Counted from the first letter of the stretch, positions 25,131 to 39,076 are shown. The stretch: 64,000 nt of DNA from Macrostomum hystrix (GCA_950097015.1 CATNEN010000011.1:4340001-4404000); one strand, 5' to 3'. Program-made: numbers and translations. The notes: generated by a model not told the origin, from the sequence alone.

Positions 25131-25569
25131 CCCGAGAAAAAATATTATGATAAACTTGACAAGCAACTTTGAAAGTAAACATGACATACTTGAATAATTA
25201 CTGCAAAGTATTGTTACAAGCTTGGCAAGTTTGGGATGTTGATTTTGAATTTAAAGTTACTTTCAAGTCAGATACCAAACTATATCAGATAATAACTTCC
25301 AAGTACTTTCCAAGTATTCAATGTTTAAACAACATGTTGACCGACCTACTTCCAAGTACTTTCCAAGTATTCAATGTTTGAACCACATATCGACCGACCT
25401 ACTTCCAAGTATTCAATGTTTGAACCACATATCGACCGACCTACTTCCAAGTACTTTCCAAGTATTCAATGTTTGAACCACATATCGACCGACCTACTTC
25501 CAAGTATTCAATGTTTGAACTACATGTTGACCGACCTACTTCCAAGTACTTACAATTATCGTAGACTTA
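25131..25569. mobile_element. CMC/EnSpm element E1: left end and subterminal array, interrupted by Gypsy G1 (continues at 57965)
   Basis: Starts cccgagaaaaaa, like the other CCCnnGAAAAA ends. Array of 42/53-bp units with acttccaagt/actttccaagt at 25290-25550. Confidence 0.7.
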
Positions 25570-26151
25570 TGTCGTAGGCCCTCTCTCTTTACTTTTATTT
25601 CTTATCTGCAAAAACTGTACTTATTATAAATTTAGCTTTTCTTACTATTATTTATCTCTGCCTTCACTATATGATATGGTTATTCTATAGCTATCTAACT
25701 CAGAACGATATTATTATCTACCTATGATAGCGATTTTGTGTCCGAGCGGCAAGACACCTTATAATACTGCACTGATTTTAACCAACCCTATTGAGCATCC
25801 AATGGATTAAAGTTGTCTAATTCAACACGAATATTATTATTATATCTATAACCTTCCATATTCAGAACGTTTTTCCTTATATTATTCTAAAGCAATAATT
25901 AACACAAGAACAACTCCAATTTATTTCACTCAGTTCTCTCTTCCTAAGATCTATTTCCCTAGTCTCCTCTTTTGTATTTCGGGACAAAAACGTCAAGTCA
26001 CTATAGGCAAAAATCGCATGATATATATAGTATTTTGGGCGGGGGCTGGTAAGCGCATTTAAACAACTGAAATTGTTTGCAAAATAATGTTGGACAATTT
26101 GGCGTAAATTCAACTTTAGGTTTTACGGGAATATTTCATGGGCCTGCCTCA
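25570..26151 (-). repeat. G1 3' LTR
   Basis: About 99% identical to 57383-57964 (about six substitutions by eye). Confidence 0.95.
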
Positions 26152-29100
26152 ACTGGCTTCCCTTAATGCAATTTTGGAAAAATGAGATAAAATGTATGAC
26201 AAAATTGCAGAAAATTATACAGTACAAGGTGCACAAAGAAAACAGGGAGCATTGGCATAAAATGACATGGCCAAATAAAAGCACATATGACAAATCGCAT
26301 GAGTACAAATGACAGGAATAAAGTTCGCATGAAAATAGAGAATGAATTAAAATATAGCACAATTTGAGTAGAAAAATTACAAACATGACAATATTTGCAT
26401 AAACTAAAGATAATAAGCATTAGCGCGGATTGAGTATTAAAATTGCGCGCGACGAAATAGCAATCGCAAAGAAAATTGAAGAATCAAAACTTCATACTAG
26501 GTGGGAACAGAACATTGCGGGGCCAGCGAAGGTAAGTGCCTAGCCACCTAATTTCGATATTGAGTAGTACATTATTAAATGGGTAAGGGTTCGCATTAAG
26601 AGAGTGTCTAGCGTATTTAATAGCCTGTTTAAATGCAACAATCACCTTTTCGTGGTTGTAGAATTCAAGCAGGGTGTCAAGGGCCCACCGTACCAATTCA
26701 CGCTGCGGCAGTTAGGTACCGTTTTATTGGCATCAGATGCAGACGATAATGGTCTCGCTGTTTCGGCGCGAGGCTGTCCAGCACCACCTTGAACGGGTCC
26801 CCCTCGTCCGATTCCAGAGGCTCCGGTTGTCCGTCCGCTCCGTCGGCATACATCAGCTCCATCTCTTCTGGCTGGTGCTGTTGTGGCGGCAGCTGTGCTT
26901 GTAGCGGCTGTGATGTCCTCGGCGGCTGTAACTGCGACTTCGGCACCGTCGATGGCATCACCGAGGATGCGTTCACAGGCACCGTCGGGCAGGATATCGA
27001 CTCCCTGGCTGCCGCTTGTTTCGGCTGAATCTGCCGATTCCTCCATGATTGTGGGTCCATGCCTCTGGAGGGTCGGCGACCTCTTGGCTTTCCAGTAGGC
27101 TGCGGCTGGCTAGGTAGTAGCACACAGGACCTAACTTCGACCTCCGGCTGTCTTCCTTCCACGACTGCGGTCGGGGCCTGTGCTTTCATGTGCTTTACGC
27201 GTTCTTCTGGAATCGGTATTCTTGATGCAGGACGCTTCCGCGAATTTGCCACGTTCTGCTGTTCTGATGAGCCAGGCATAACGACTACTGATTGTAACTT
27301 CGGCTTGCTAGCGACTCCAATTGGCTTAGGTGCAGTACGCATTCTGGATGGGGCTGCCAACTCACATTCATTGCTCTCGTTTTCCTTCTCTTGAACTTTC
27401 TACTGGTGATAAATCTATGGTAATACTTTCTATTAATCTGTCGAATTCATCTACATCTATGACATCCTCAATCTCCTCTCTTTGGTTCATTTGCAACACG
27501 CTTACTAATTCTCCTAGACCTATAAAATCTTTCAGATTAAGATTTATTTCGATGAGCTATTAAAACATTACCTTCTAAGATGCCTTCTTTCTCCTTCTGA
27601 ATCCTAAATACTACATCTGAAATTTTCTCTAGCACTCTATAAGCTGATCGCTGCTTCCTATGGAACTTACGCGATTCTTCAGCATCAAGCTGTGGATTGT
27701 TTAATAAAACTAGACTTCCTACTTAAATCTCCTTTGGCGATGCATTGACTTTCGCTCCTTCCTCTCGGTGCTTTGCTACTCCTTCTAACTTTCTTTTCAC
27801 TATTTCATTAGCTGTTCTTAATCTTTCTGCATGATCTGCTACATAGGATGGATAGCTTGCATAAATTTTAGGCTTTATAATTTGTGTGTCAATCGGTAGA
27901 ACAGGTTCTCTTCCGAATAGTAGGAAGTGTGGAGAATATCCGGTAGTTTGATTATTGCTGGTACGCATAGCAACTAAGGCTGCTGGAATCATTAAATCCC
28001 AGTCATTATGATCTTTCTCTATTAAGCAAGTAATTATTGCTTTAACCTGTTTATTAAATCTTTCGACAAGTCCATTACTCTGAGCATGATACGGGGTAGT
28101 GCAAGTATGCTTTACATTGTACAACTCACAGAACGCTTTAAACTGCCTGCTTGTAAATGTCTTCCCGTTATCTGTGTGAATCCAGTGGCATTGGCCATAC
28201 TCAGAAAATATTCTTTCATGTAGGATTTTAATAACAGTATCGGACTTTTGATTTCGAACATGGAACGCGAAAGGGTACTTTGTGGTACTGTCCACCACAG
28301 TGAGTATATAGCGATGCCCTCTTATACTCTCTTTGGATATGGGACCAATCAAATCACAGTGTAAGCGGAAAAATGGTTCGCAAACTGGGAATGATTGTAT
28401 TGGAGCTTGGATTCTATGTCCTCTCTTGCTCTCTAGGCAATCGATACACTCAGCAATGTACCTTTCCACTGAAGTGACTAAACCTGGTCTCCAGAATCTT
28501 TGCTTGACCTTATGGATAGTTTTGTCTCTTCCGAGGTGTCCGGCTAGCGGGTTTTTATGTAAATCGCAAAACACTAGCATGTCCAAGGACTTAGGTAAGA
28601 CAACTTTCCAGTCTCCTTCATCTTCTATGATTAATATTCCATTCTCGACTTCCATTTTCTCATAGAACTTACTCATCTGTCTAAAACTAGCATTATAAAC
28701 TTCGTTAGATAATACAACAGGATATGTAATCTTTCTCTCCTTCCATTCAATCAGCTGTTTAATTTCAGGGTCCTCCTGCGGAGTTGTTATTATCTGTTCA
28801 CGCTTCAATGGGATAGGTAAGTAATCTGTCAACAACTTTTCACATTTATAACTATCTAATTCCGGCGTATCAATTCGTTTGATAAGATCTGGCTCATCTA
28901 TGCATGGACTCTGACGCATAAAGCTGGAGTCGGCTTTTGCACTTTTGGCCTTTTCTTCTCCCTTTCCTGAGATAATAGACTCGATCCGGGTAACTGCAAT
29001 AGTTGGATTCGTAGTCAAGCTCTCTCCTTCTACTGAAACAATTGGCGACTGGGTTCAGCACATGGGCTCTACCTTTGTCTCTGCCTTCTGTTCTACTTTC

Positions 29101-30356
29101 GCACTTACGCCTTCTGTACTTTCCTTAACAGTTTCCATAGGTCTCCGGGATAAACTATCTGCATTCTGGTGCAACGCACCCTTACGATGCTCTACATAAA
29201 ACTGGAACTCATTCAGGCGTTCTATCCACCTGCCTAAAATTCCTTGGGCTTCGGTCTGCCTAAGCAACCAGATTATGGCCTTATGATCAGTACGAGCTAA
29301 AAAATTTTTACCTAGTAAATAAAAACGGAAATGCTTCATAGCATCTACTAAAGCTAACAATTCCTTCTTTGTAATGAGATAACGCTTTTCTGATTCCTTC
29401 ATTGCTCGACTGAAGTATGCTATGGGTCGTTCGACACCATCGGACTGAATCTGGCCTAAGCATGCGCCAATCCTTCCGTCACTGGCGTCCGTATCCAACA
29501 CCATGATAACCTTTTCATCTTCTACGAATTCAGGATATGCTAAGACCTCTGTTGACATCATTCTAGTCTTTAATTGCTCAAACGCTTCATTATGCACTGA
29601 TTTCCATTTCTCTTGAAAATTCTGTACTCCCTTCCGAGTTAACTGGAATAATGGGTGCGCTACTTCAGCATAGTTTTTCACGAAACGGCTATAATAATTG
29701 CACAGGCCTAAAAAGCTTCGTAATTCATTCACATCCTTTGGCGTCGGCCAAGTTCGAATAGCTTCTATTTTATCCCCATCTGTAAGAATGCCTTCTGTGC
29801 TAATCACGTGCCCTAAGTATTTCAATTCCCTATGGAACAAATTGCACTTTTTCGGGCGTAGCTTTAAACCTGCTGTTATCAGCCTTTGAAAAACCTCTCT
29901 TAGATGTGACAAATGATCTTCAAAAGTTTTGGAATAAGTAACTATGTCAACGATATAGGACATTGCAAATTTATGTTGGATTCCTAGGAGCACTAAATTC
30001 ATTAGCCTCTGGAAAGTTCCTGGGGCATTGGAAAGTCCTTGCGCCATTACCTCATACTCAAACTGTCCACGAGTAAGGGTAGAAACTCGGTCATAAATTT
30101 ATGTTCCTCTTTAATCGGGACCTGCCAATAGCCAGAATTGAGGTCCAGACTGCTAAAGAATTGACTTCCTGACAAATACGAAAATGTCTGATGGATGTTG
30201 GGAAGCGGATAAGGAACATAATTCACTCGAGAATTAAAAACTCTAAAATCACTGACTATGCGTATTGATCCATCTTTCTTAGGCACAATCACCAATGGAG
30301 TGGAATAAGTAGAATCCCGGGAAAAAAAACAAGCCAAACTTGCCAAGTTTTGGCTT

Positions 30357-30957
30357 GCAAACTTACGCGTACATTGATGTAAACTAAATGCATAATGTCC
30401 AACGGAGCATCCTCAGGAACTCTAATTAATTGGGAAAGGATACTTGGACCTTTCACTCCTTTACAAGGCCTCTCCGGGACGGCGTCGATAACGTGCATCT
30501 GGTGACTGTGAAAGTCACGGAGAACGCTTCGATCTTGTTGAAAAGGAAATGTCATCTTTCGAAATTCATGTGAGTACTCTGTCATGTACTCACATGACCT
30601 AACTCACTCTGTCAGGCAAATGGTGCATCCGAATTTAGCATTGAAACTCTGCATGTTGAGAAATTCTGCTTTAGCAGGAAAGTCCGCTATAAATGCTACA
30701 ACACGTAGTATAACGGTGAAAGACTCAGTTTCGAATTTTAAATTAGACGTACTCTCTAGCACTGAGCGCAGAAACTTGCACTGCAAATTGGACTGCATCA
30801 TGTGGTACTTGCAATTCTATATGCTCATGAGTAGAATCCACAGCTGCATCGACTGATATATCTGATTTAGAACCAGAGGCTGAAGAAATCCGCTCTTCTC
30901 TGCGGCGTTTGGCTTTCCGCTTTGCAGAATAGGCCAGACTTTGGTTTTTTTTGGCAT
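30357..30957 (-). pseudogene. E2 transposase remnant with internal deletions
   Basis: Start MPKK.QSLAYSAKRK; fragments VAFIADFPAKAEFLNMQSFNAKFGCTIC and GVKGPS...APLDIMHLVYINV match the E4/E5 transposases; C-terminal half absent. Confidence 0.85.
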
Positions 30958-31536
30958 GGCAAACTTTTCTGAGGTGGCTGAAAAATTTAAATCTAATGAG
31001 TGGTTCTAAATTTTAAATTCTAAATTTCAATTCTAAATTCAAAATAAATAGCTTCTTTTAATTTATGTTTTAACATTGTAAGGACATAGGGTAAAATAGG
31101 AAAATCTTTAAGATTTATTAAAACCTCGATTTGCATAAATAAATATGCAGCTTTATAAGATTCATACCAAAAAGGTTTATGCAAAAAGGTGGTATACAAA
31201 GCACGAGGTGCTTTATAATTTGAAAAAAGAAAAGTATTGTATGCACTGTTAAAAGCAAAGCTGGCTGGCATAGCTTAGAATACATATTATAAATTGCAAC
31301 TCACTACTTGGGAAGTAAAGTTAGTTAGTCAGTTTCTAGTTACTTTTATTCACAGCTTCACTTAACAAAAAAAGTTTATTAATTCAAAGTAAATTTATTT
31401 GAAGCACTTTAGAAGATAACTTTTGTCTTAATCTGATAATTTGAATACAATAATGTGAAGTGCTGTGATGAAAAGCAGCAAGGAAATTGTCCATAAAAGT
31501 ATTACAAATGAAATAGTTAATAGTTTTGCGAAATAA

Positions 31537-32560
31537 TCAATTAGCTGCTTCTGGTTGCCTCTTGCGGAAGCCTCTCTTTAGGTCATTACCAAGTTGGTTG
31601 GCAGCTTCTCTGGCTTGCTGAACAGACACATCATCCTTGTGAAATCTGCTGTTGCATGCACGAAAAAATAGCTGGCTACGAGTTGGTGAAGCTGGCGCCC
31701 GTGAGCCAGTAGTCTTTTTCTTGGCCCCAATCAAGCACTTCTCTAGTTCTTCATCACTCCATAGATAGCGGGCTAAAAAATTCCGAATTCTGTTGATGAC
31801 AGGTTGGCATCATCAAGTCGTGTTAGATCAACTTCGTTCCACAGAACAGGTGGAACATTTTCCAACTGAATTGGAGCTGTAGAGGCCCCAAGGCCAGGAC
31901 GCCTAGATTCTAGAGCCTTTCGAAGTTTCCGAAGTTCTCGGACATGAGCTTCTTGAAATGTTACCTGCTTGACTTGGTAGTTCAACATTTTGGCAATTTT
32001 CTTGTTTAACTCTTTTAGCTCGTATACAACAGCATCTGAGACACCTGTTGTTGATCCAATGGCAGTAGAATTTTCATCTACATCATTGTTTTCATTGTTT
32101 GCTTCTAGACTATCTGCATCTTGATCTTCTTCATTTTCCACACTAGCTGACAGGACATTGTCTTTTGACTTGTTGTTTCTGATTCTACTTGACAACTGGC
32201 TGTAGACATGATACTAGCATTGAGCAAACCTGAAAGATTGGCAGATGACATATCACATCTCTTTTCAATGCCTCTCTCTAGCCTTGACCTTGAATCTAGC
32301 AAATCACGCTCCTTGTTGCTTGTGGCCACAACCTGCCCAACAATTCCATTCTTCAGAGTCAACCTACTTTTAATTTCTAGTTTTTGTAGGTCAGTGTTTT
32401 GAAGATTAGATGGTAACAATGTTGATGAAGAAGCTAGAGTTGAATAGGATCGGTCTTGCTCAAAATATATAAGAACATAGGATACCATTGACTTTTCAAC
32501 TTCTCTTGAGATTGCTTGCATTCGTGGCTCTCTTGATGACTTTTTTGTTGTAGTTGACAT
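31537..32560 (-). pseudogene. E2 accessory BEN-domain gene (two frameshifts)
   Basis: Collinear homologue of 48612-49631: SMVSYVLIYFEQDRSY..., coiled coil ELKELNKKIAK, then FGIFLARYLWSDEEL...FFRACNSRF...AANQLGNDLKRG. Confidence 0.8.
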
Positions 32561-34386
32561 ATTTTAGCTAGAAATGATTTGGTTCATGTTAATAAAATTA
32601 GTTAATAATGTAGCTTAAAATGGATATAAAAAATATTTAGAATAATTGAATAAGGTAGGCCTAGTCACCTAGTCAAAATTCTAAGGCCAAGGGCTAGGGG
32701 GCCTACTATTGCTAGGCTAGGCCAAATAAAATTATATAGCCATAGGCCTAAAGATGACAATTAACAGAACTCAAAAGTAGGTCCTACTCTGCATATTATG
32801 TCAAAGGCTAAGCTAAGACAATACTTATTCCCACTGTCACATGCTAGGCCTAATACTATAATATAATATATGCTGTGCCCTGCTTATCCACAGAACTGTG
32901 CTAATTGTGCCCCATGTATTCTGATTGCAGTTTGTGCTAATAGGGCCACTGCTTATAGAATGTACCATGCCTAAATGTTCGAAGGGTGTATAGAGATAAC
33001 GAAAAGAGCCAAGTATTTAGTCTAGGCCTTGGCACAGTAGGCCCCTAGTGAAAAATTCATAGCTCAGAATTTTTTAATTAAAAACTGCTTTCAAATTTAG
33101 AATCAGGACCCCTCCAATCCATATGGCCACAAAATTATTGTCAAAAGCCATCTAGAACTTTTTATATATAGGCCCCTACCTAAACTTCAAGAAGCCCAAC
33201 TAGGCCCCCCTAACAACATAAATATAATTATTCTAGGCCTACTCAGTTAGCTAGAGTTGTAAATATATGATCAATCTTCTTTTCTAGCTATCTTTTTAAA
33301 ATTATATGCTAGGTCTTCAGATTTTAGCAAAAATCTTAATTCCTTTATCTAAATTCTTAAGTAGCCTAGCCTAACATTGAAAGTAAAGTCTAATTGTAAG
33401 CAATTTATAATAAACTCTATAGTTAGGCCATATACAACAGTGACTTGGTAAGTTGATATTATGTCAATGATAGGCCTAGCTAAATAAATTATGAAACATA
33501 GCATTAGGCCTAGCATAGGGATTGGGCTTGGGGTCAGCAGTGTAATCGGTATAGCCTATACAATTTCGTATTTATATTTTTTACGTGCTTAACTTTGGTA
33601 AGATGCATGCGAAGCGCGAGCGAAAGACAATTAAAAAAAGCAATGGCGGCCATCTTGTTTTTTTAATATTAACAAATTAAAATACTTTTTTTTGCAAATC
33701 TGAATAATAAAAACAATATATAAATATCAATATATATAGTAGAAACAGATTTTAACTCAGAGAAAATTACAAACTGCTTTTATCTGTTGGTATGTAGGTT
33801 TTTACGCTTTTGCAGTGCTATATTAGTCGATTTAAAAAATGTCTCTAAAAACCATAGAAGAACAATTTTTAGTATTAAAAACTTTTTTTCATGTCCTATT
33901 CCTTAAAAATTGTTTGTTTATTCATTAATTACTTAAAAAATCAAAAGCGATTTTGCGAAAGCTATTCGTAAGAGAATCGCTGGTGGTGATTGCGGTAGCG
34001 AATTTTCGCTAATTATTCGTTGCCTCGTCCACAATTTGATTTCTTGGTTGCAGAACCAAATTGTGTGATTTTTTTGGAAATCAACGTCAAATAAATCAGT
34101 TTTAGGCAAAATCACAACAGTTTTTTTTCGCCACCTATTCGCACGTCTGATGGCGACTCACCGGCGATTCGACAGCGCCTTTCCCAGAGGGTATGAATAG
34201 ATAATCTTCAATATATAAATTCCAGCAATAGAAATAAAATTTAAAAAGTTCTTTAAAATGCCGCGATCAGCAGCAGAATTGCAAAAGCATACTCTTATGC
34301 TTATGCTGATCATATTCTTATTATATAACATTGAATAAATAAATAATTATTTATTTATTATCGAATATATATGATTCGCAGTTTAA

Positions 34387-34835
34387 AAACTTTCGAAGTC
34401 AACCATGTGACTCCTACTTTGGATACTTTCCAAGTACTTGAATGCAGATGAGGTCAACGCACTTTGTAAACTTTCGAAGTCAACCATGTGACTCCTACTT
34501 TGGATACTTTCCAAGTACTTGAATGCAGATGAGGTCAACGCACTTTGTAAACTTTCGAAGTCAACCATGTGACTCCTACTTTGGATACTTTCCAAGTACT
34601 TGAATGCAGATGAGGTCAACGCACTTTGTAAACTTTCGAAGTCAACCATGTGAACTTCTACTTTGGATACTTTCCAAGTTACTTTGAAAGTCTAGAGGCG
34701 CGGGTACATAGTAAACTTTGTAAGTCGAATCCAGTCAGGTAAAAACAAACCAAACTTTACAAGTTACCAGACACGTACTTTGAAAACTTGATAAGTCAAC
34801 CAAGTCATTTAAGTACAGTCTTGACTTGCCAAGTT
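34387..34835. repeat. E2 right subterminal array (81-bp unit, about 3.5 copies, plus dispersed motifs)
   Basis: Unit carries actttcgaagt and actttccaagt. Confidence 0.9.
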
Positions 34836-36451
34836 TGGCTTGTTTTTTTTCCCGGGATAGCATGGTCTAATCAGGTTCTTTGCCAACATATCATCTAATT
34901 GAGCATCGACCTGCTTTTGAAGATGAGGTGGAATCCGTCTAGTCGGGATTCTCACCGGAGTTTCATCTTTCAATAAGATCTCATGCGTTACTAAATGGGT
35001 AAGTCCCATATCTAACTCATGCTGCGAAAACGCCTCTCGATATTCCTTCATCAAATCAATAACTGCCTTCATTTACTCTTCTGACAATTCTGATCCAATA
35101 CGGACTTCATCTATCCATGAATTCTCTTCTATCTGGGTCTGATTGACTCGTGCGGTGGGTGAATTTTCCTTCTCAGTCTGAGTAGAAAAATAAGCTAATT
35201 CCTTGGCCTTCATTGGCTTGGCCAATCCTACTAGTGCGGATTTCGACAAATTCACATCGACTGAATGTCGATTCACAATCTCTACAACAGCTTCACCTTC
35301 ACGCATGGTGACTAAAGTTGGGATCATTTCTAGCACTACTTCTTTAGCTCTAATTCCTTCCCCAATTACATCAATAGTCATAGGAGTACCATGATTGCTT
35401 TCTGCTCCTTTGGCAAGTCTCACTGGTATCCTTAATGCACTATTAGCAGGGATGGTGACTCGTTCTCTCGCATAAACGCGGCAAACTTTTACAGGCAAAT
35501 GTGTGAACTGCATAGGGATATAGGTCCCTTCCTTCATGACTAACATGCCTTTAGCTAGGTTAATACTTTCGCAATTCTCTAAGAAAAACTCCATACCTAG
35601 GATATTATCGCACTCATGACTACACAAGAGAAATTCGATCTTTACTTGAATGTCTCCAAATCTAACAGGAATGCTCACTTCACCTACTAATTGTACTCTT
35701 GTTCCATCAAAAGTAGAGATACGCTTTTCTGTCTGTTGAATTTGATCTGCTCTGACTAACTTAGTCCACACTGATTTGCTTAAGAAACTATTCCTTGCTC
35801 CTGTATCTAGAATAAAATTGACTTCCTTCTTTCTAACTTCTCCAATAATTACAGCTTCATAACCTTCAGGTTTTACTAGATCTACCTTAGATTGGATAAT
35901 AAAAGGTTTGAAGTGCCCGCTGGGAAAAAAGTAGGCGGCCCGACAGCGACGTCGCTGGCGGCATAGCGGCGGAACCGCCGGCGGCATGCGCCAAGGAAAG
36001 ATGGCGGCTCGCAGGCGATTTGTAGCAGCGACACCGCCGGCTTGCCGCCAGCCTTTCGGCATGTAGCGCTCGGGCCGCTGTCCTGCCGCCCGATACCCCG
36101 TACACGTAGCTCATTTGCCGCCGACTATCCGACTGCGATTCAGCAGACTGCATTTGCTTCCCATATACTTGTACACATACGTGCATTGCATATTAGGTTA
36201 TGCAAACTAGCGGCTAGATGTTTTCATAAGATCATGTGTAGTGTAGTTCAGACATGATTAAAATCTTACATCAGTGATGTGCGATTGAAAGATAGCAAAT
36301 GTAAAACTGCAAAAAAGGCGAACGAAAAGCAGCACAAATATTTTTTTAAGCCAAAAGTTAAGATTTTCACTGTAACAACCTTTTTGCAGATCATTTATAT
36401 TTCTGAAAAGAAGTAAGCGAAATAAAATATGCTAAGTCAATGGCCAGCTAC

Positions 36452-36978
36452 TAGGGTTGGCAGTCGGGGACTGGAATTCCCCGAAAAGTCGGGGATCCCC
36501 GATTTTTCCAGGTCCCCGATTCCCCGACTCCCCGATTTTTCCAGGTCCCCGATTCCCCGACTCCCCGATTTTGCCAAGTCCCCGATTCCCTGATTCCCCG
36601 ACTCCCCGATTTTTCCAGGTCCCCGATTCCCTGATTCCCCGACTCCCCGATTTTTCCAGGTCCCCGATTCCCCGACTCCCCGATTTTTCCAGGTCCCCGA
36701 TTCCCCGACTCCCCGATTTTGCCAAGTCCCCGATTCCCTGATTCCCCGACTCCCCGATTTTTCCAGGTCCCCGATTCCCTGATTCCCCGACTCCCCGATT
36801 TTTCAGGTCCCCGATTCCCTGATTCCCCGACTCCCCGATTTTTCCAGGTCCCCGATTCCCCGACTCCCCGATTTTGCCAAGTCCCCGATTCCCTGATTCC
36901 CCGACTCCCCGATTTCTCCAGGTTCCTGATACCCCGATTCCCCGAACCCCGAAAAAAATTCCCCGATTGCCAACCGTA
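36452..36978. mobile_element. hAT-type MITE filled with CCCCGA(T/C) tandem repeats
   Basis: TIR tagggttggcagtcgggga versus tacggttggcaatcgggga (17/19); 8-bp TSD ccagctac at 36444-36451 and 36979-36986. Confidence 0.9.
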
Positions 36979-39076
36979 CCAGCTACCAGTCTACCTAACA
37001 TGCGTTTATAGAGGAAATATAACAAACTCTGTTTCCTTAGGAAATGCGATAGCTTTACCTTCTGGTAAACCAGAAACAATAGTTCGAGAAACTGCATAAA
37101 TTCCTATATTAAGCAAACGCGAGGAATATGGATAACCATCTAACTTTTCTCTGAATATAAGTTGAGAACCAGTAAGTGCCATCTTTATGAATGGATTTAA
37201 TAAATATGTACTTATTATCAACAATCGCACAGTTATCAGGATAAGTGGTTTTGTAGGTGAAACGAGAGCAGCTTCGATTTGACAGAACATGTAAATCCCG
37301 CAGTAAAAGGGCTTGTCTACTAACATGGGAAAAACTACCACGGACCTGTCTCACTCGACGTTTTAGTGCACCCAAATAGTTTTCAAATGGAAAGGCGGAA
37401 AAAGAATCTAAGGGACCATATTGCTTAACAAAGTCAAATATATGCAAAATAGTATGAAAATTATATGAGACAGAATAGGAGCCAAACAACTCGGGAAGGT
37501 CGTAAACAAAAAGCCGAATAGAAGCTGCAGCTTGCTCATACAAATGCACCAGATTTTTTTAAGTAAAAGCATATATCGAAAAGCTTAAAAGCATAAAATG
37601 ACGAAAGTACCGTTCGGGCAGATAACTTTTAAATAAAAGAGGCCCTTAGTAAAGCAAAAGTGATCGAAACTTGGTGGCTTTGTAATGACCCAAGTCTTTG
37701 TCTAACCTCCTTGGAGGGCGGTGAAATTCGCATGGAAAGCACTTTCTATAAAATGAAATACTATCCGACAGTTTTAGAAGGTTGGCTACGGAAACCCTAC
37801 AGCGTAGACGAAAGGACTTTACTTTCTGAAAATACCACTGACACAATCGTTTTACAATTCCCAGGCAAATACAATGCATATAGTCAACAGGAAAATGAAG
37901 CAAAAGTGACACAATCTTAGCAATTGGTGATAACCTAGCCTGATTGTTCTCTTTACCCTCTGAGTATAAGCGGTCGTCGCGTGGGGTAGAAGCAGAGACA
38001 GGAAAAACCTTACGATCGTTCTCACGTTGAACTATACATCGATAATAACCACAACCATGAGCAGAAGTGTGACCGGAAATGCACTGTACAAATGCACGAG
38101 CTTGTGCGTCACAAATAAAAGTAAGATTTCCTAGTTTTACTAACTTACCCTCATACTGTATGCCGGTATCTCTCAATTGAATCATCTCATTGACAAAAGG
38201 TTCGAGATATTCATTTACATTAGGCTTCGTAAACCCATAGAACAACGCAACGGGCAGTATTACATTAGTACCATTAAAACGGACTAAAATGGGCCAAAGA
38301 GACGCATTACTGCTTTTATAAAGTGGTAAACCATCAATATTTATAGAACTATCAACAACAAAAACATTTGATTCCAAGCGACAGGAGTTAAGACTGAGGA
38401 GCCCCTTTTCAAAACAAAAAAATTGAATTCTCACGAATAGTCAAATAAGAAAATGTGCCTCCACACGTTAGTGTCGATGAGGGAGCCACCATTTTTGAAA
38501 CTCCCTTCATAAAAAGATAGTATGACTTCGGAACAGCAACTCCAACAAGACGCAACAGAAACTCAACGGCTGCGCGAGAAAGGTTAAACATGAGAAAAAA
38601 CATAATTAGCTCATTTACAAAATCGAACAGGGGCTCAGTAGCTGCTTCGTCAGCACCTTCGGCAGCATCAGGTTTGGCAGTCTCTTCGCCATCGGCCGAA
38701 CTATCCAATGAGTAGTAGCTGCAGCTAGAAGTCGCATTTGAATTTTCATCTGAGGAGATTGTCAAGACTCAAAGGAAGCTTCTTATAGCGAATATAACGA
38801 GTGTATTTGGGTTAAAGCCGCGCGTGCGAATAAGCCGTGTAGTCACTCTTACGTTTAGCTTGGGGGGGTAAAAGGGGTGCAACAGTTGAGGCGAAGCTTA
38901 GCTTAACGGGACCATAGACAGAAGAAGAAGAGAGAAGGCCGTTAGGGCCGGGCTGCTTTGACACTGCACAACATGTCTCCCTCCAGTCAAATGAAACAAA
39001 ACAACGAGCGCATGTGGCTATTTTTTTGTGGCTATGTTAGTCTTATCGGGAGGGCAACATATCAACCGTCACAGTG

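Larger units (their letters stand above)
30316..34856 (-). mobile_element. CMC/EnSpm element E2 (internally deleted), inserted in G1 RT
   Basis: TIR cccgggaaaaaaaa(a)caagccaaacttg(c/g)caagt at both ends; 2-bp TSD AT; removing it restores the RT frame. Confidence 0.92.
27723..35915 (-). pseudogene. pol: G1 pol, disrupted: protease 35073-35915, RT split by E2 (34857-35072 and 30047-30315), RT/RNaseH 29055-30047, integrase 27723-29018
   Basis: ILDTGA (protease); RPCYSTYSTPLVIVPKKDGS restored across E2; LDLNSGYWQ; YIVD in place of YIDD; TDAS and RPIAYFSR (RNaseH); HLGRDKT...CIDC, HCDLIGP, TDNG, NGLVERFN (integrase). Several frameshifts. Confidence 0.9.

Noticed and set aside
24907-31093. 15-bp match taaggacatagggta at about 24909 and 31079
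   Set aside because: One match of this length is expected by chance in 64 kb of AT-rich DNA; flanks are unrelated.
36432-37099. GESGNRG and PDSP repeat ORFs
   Set aside because: Translations of the hAT MITE internal repeat.
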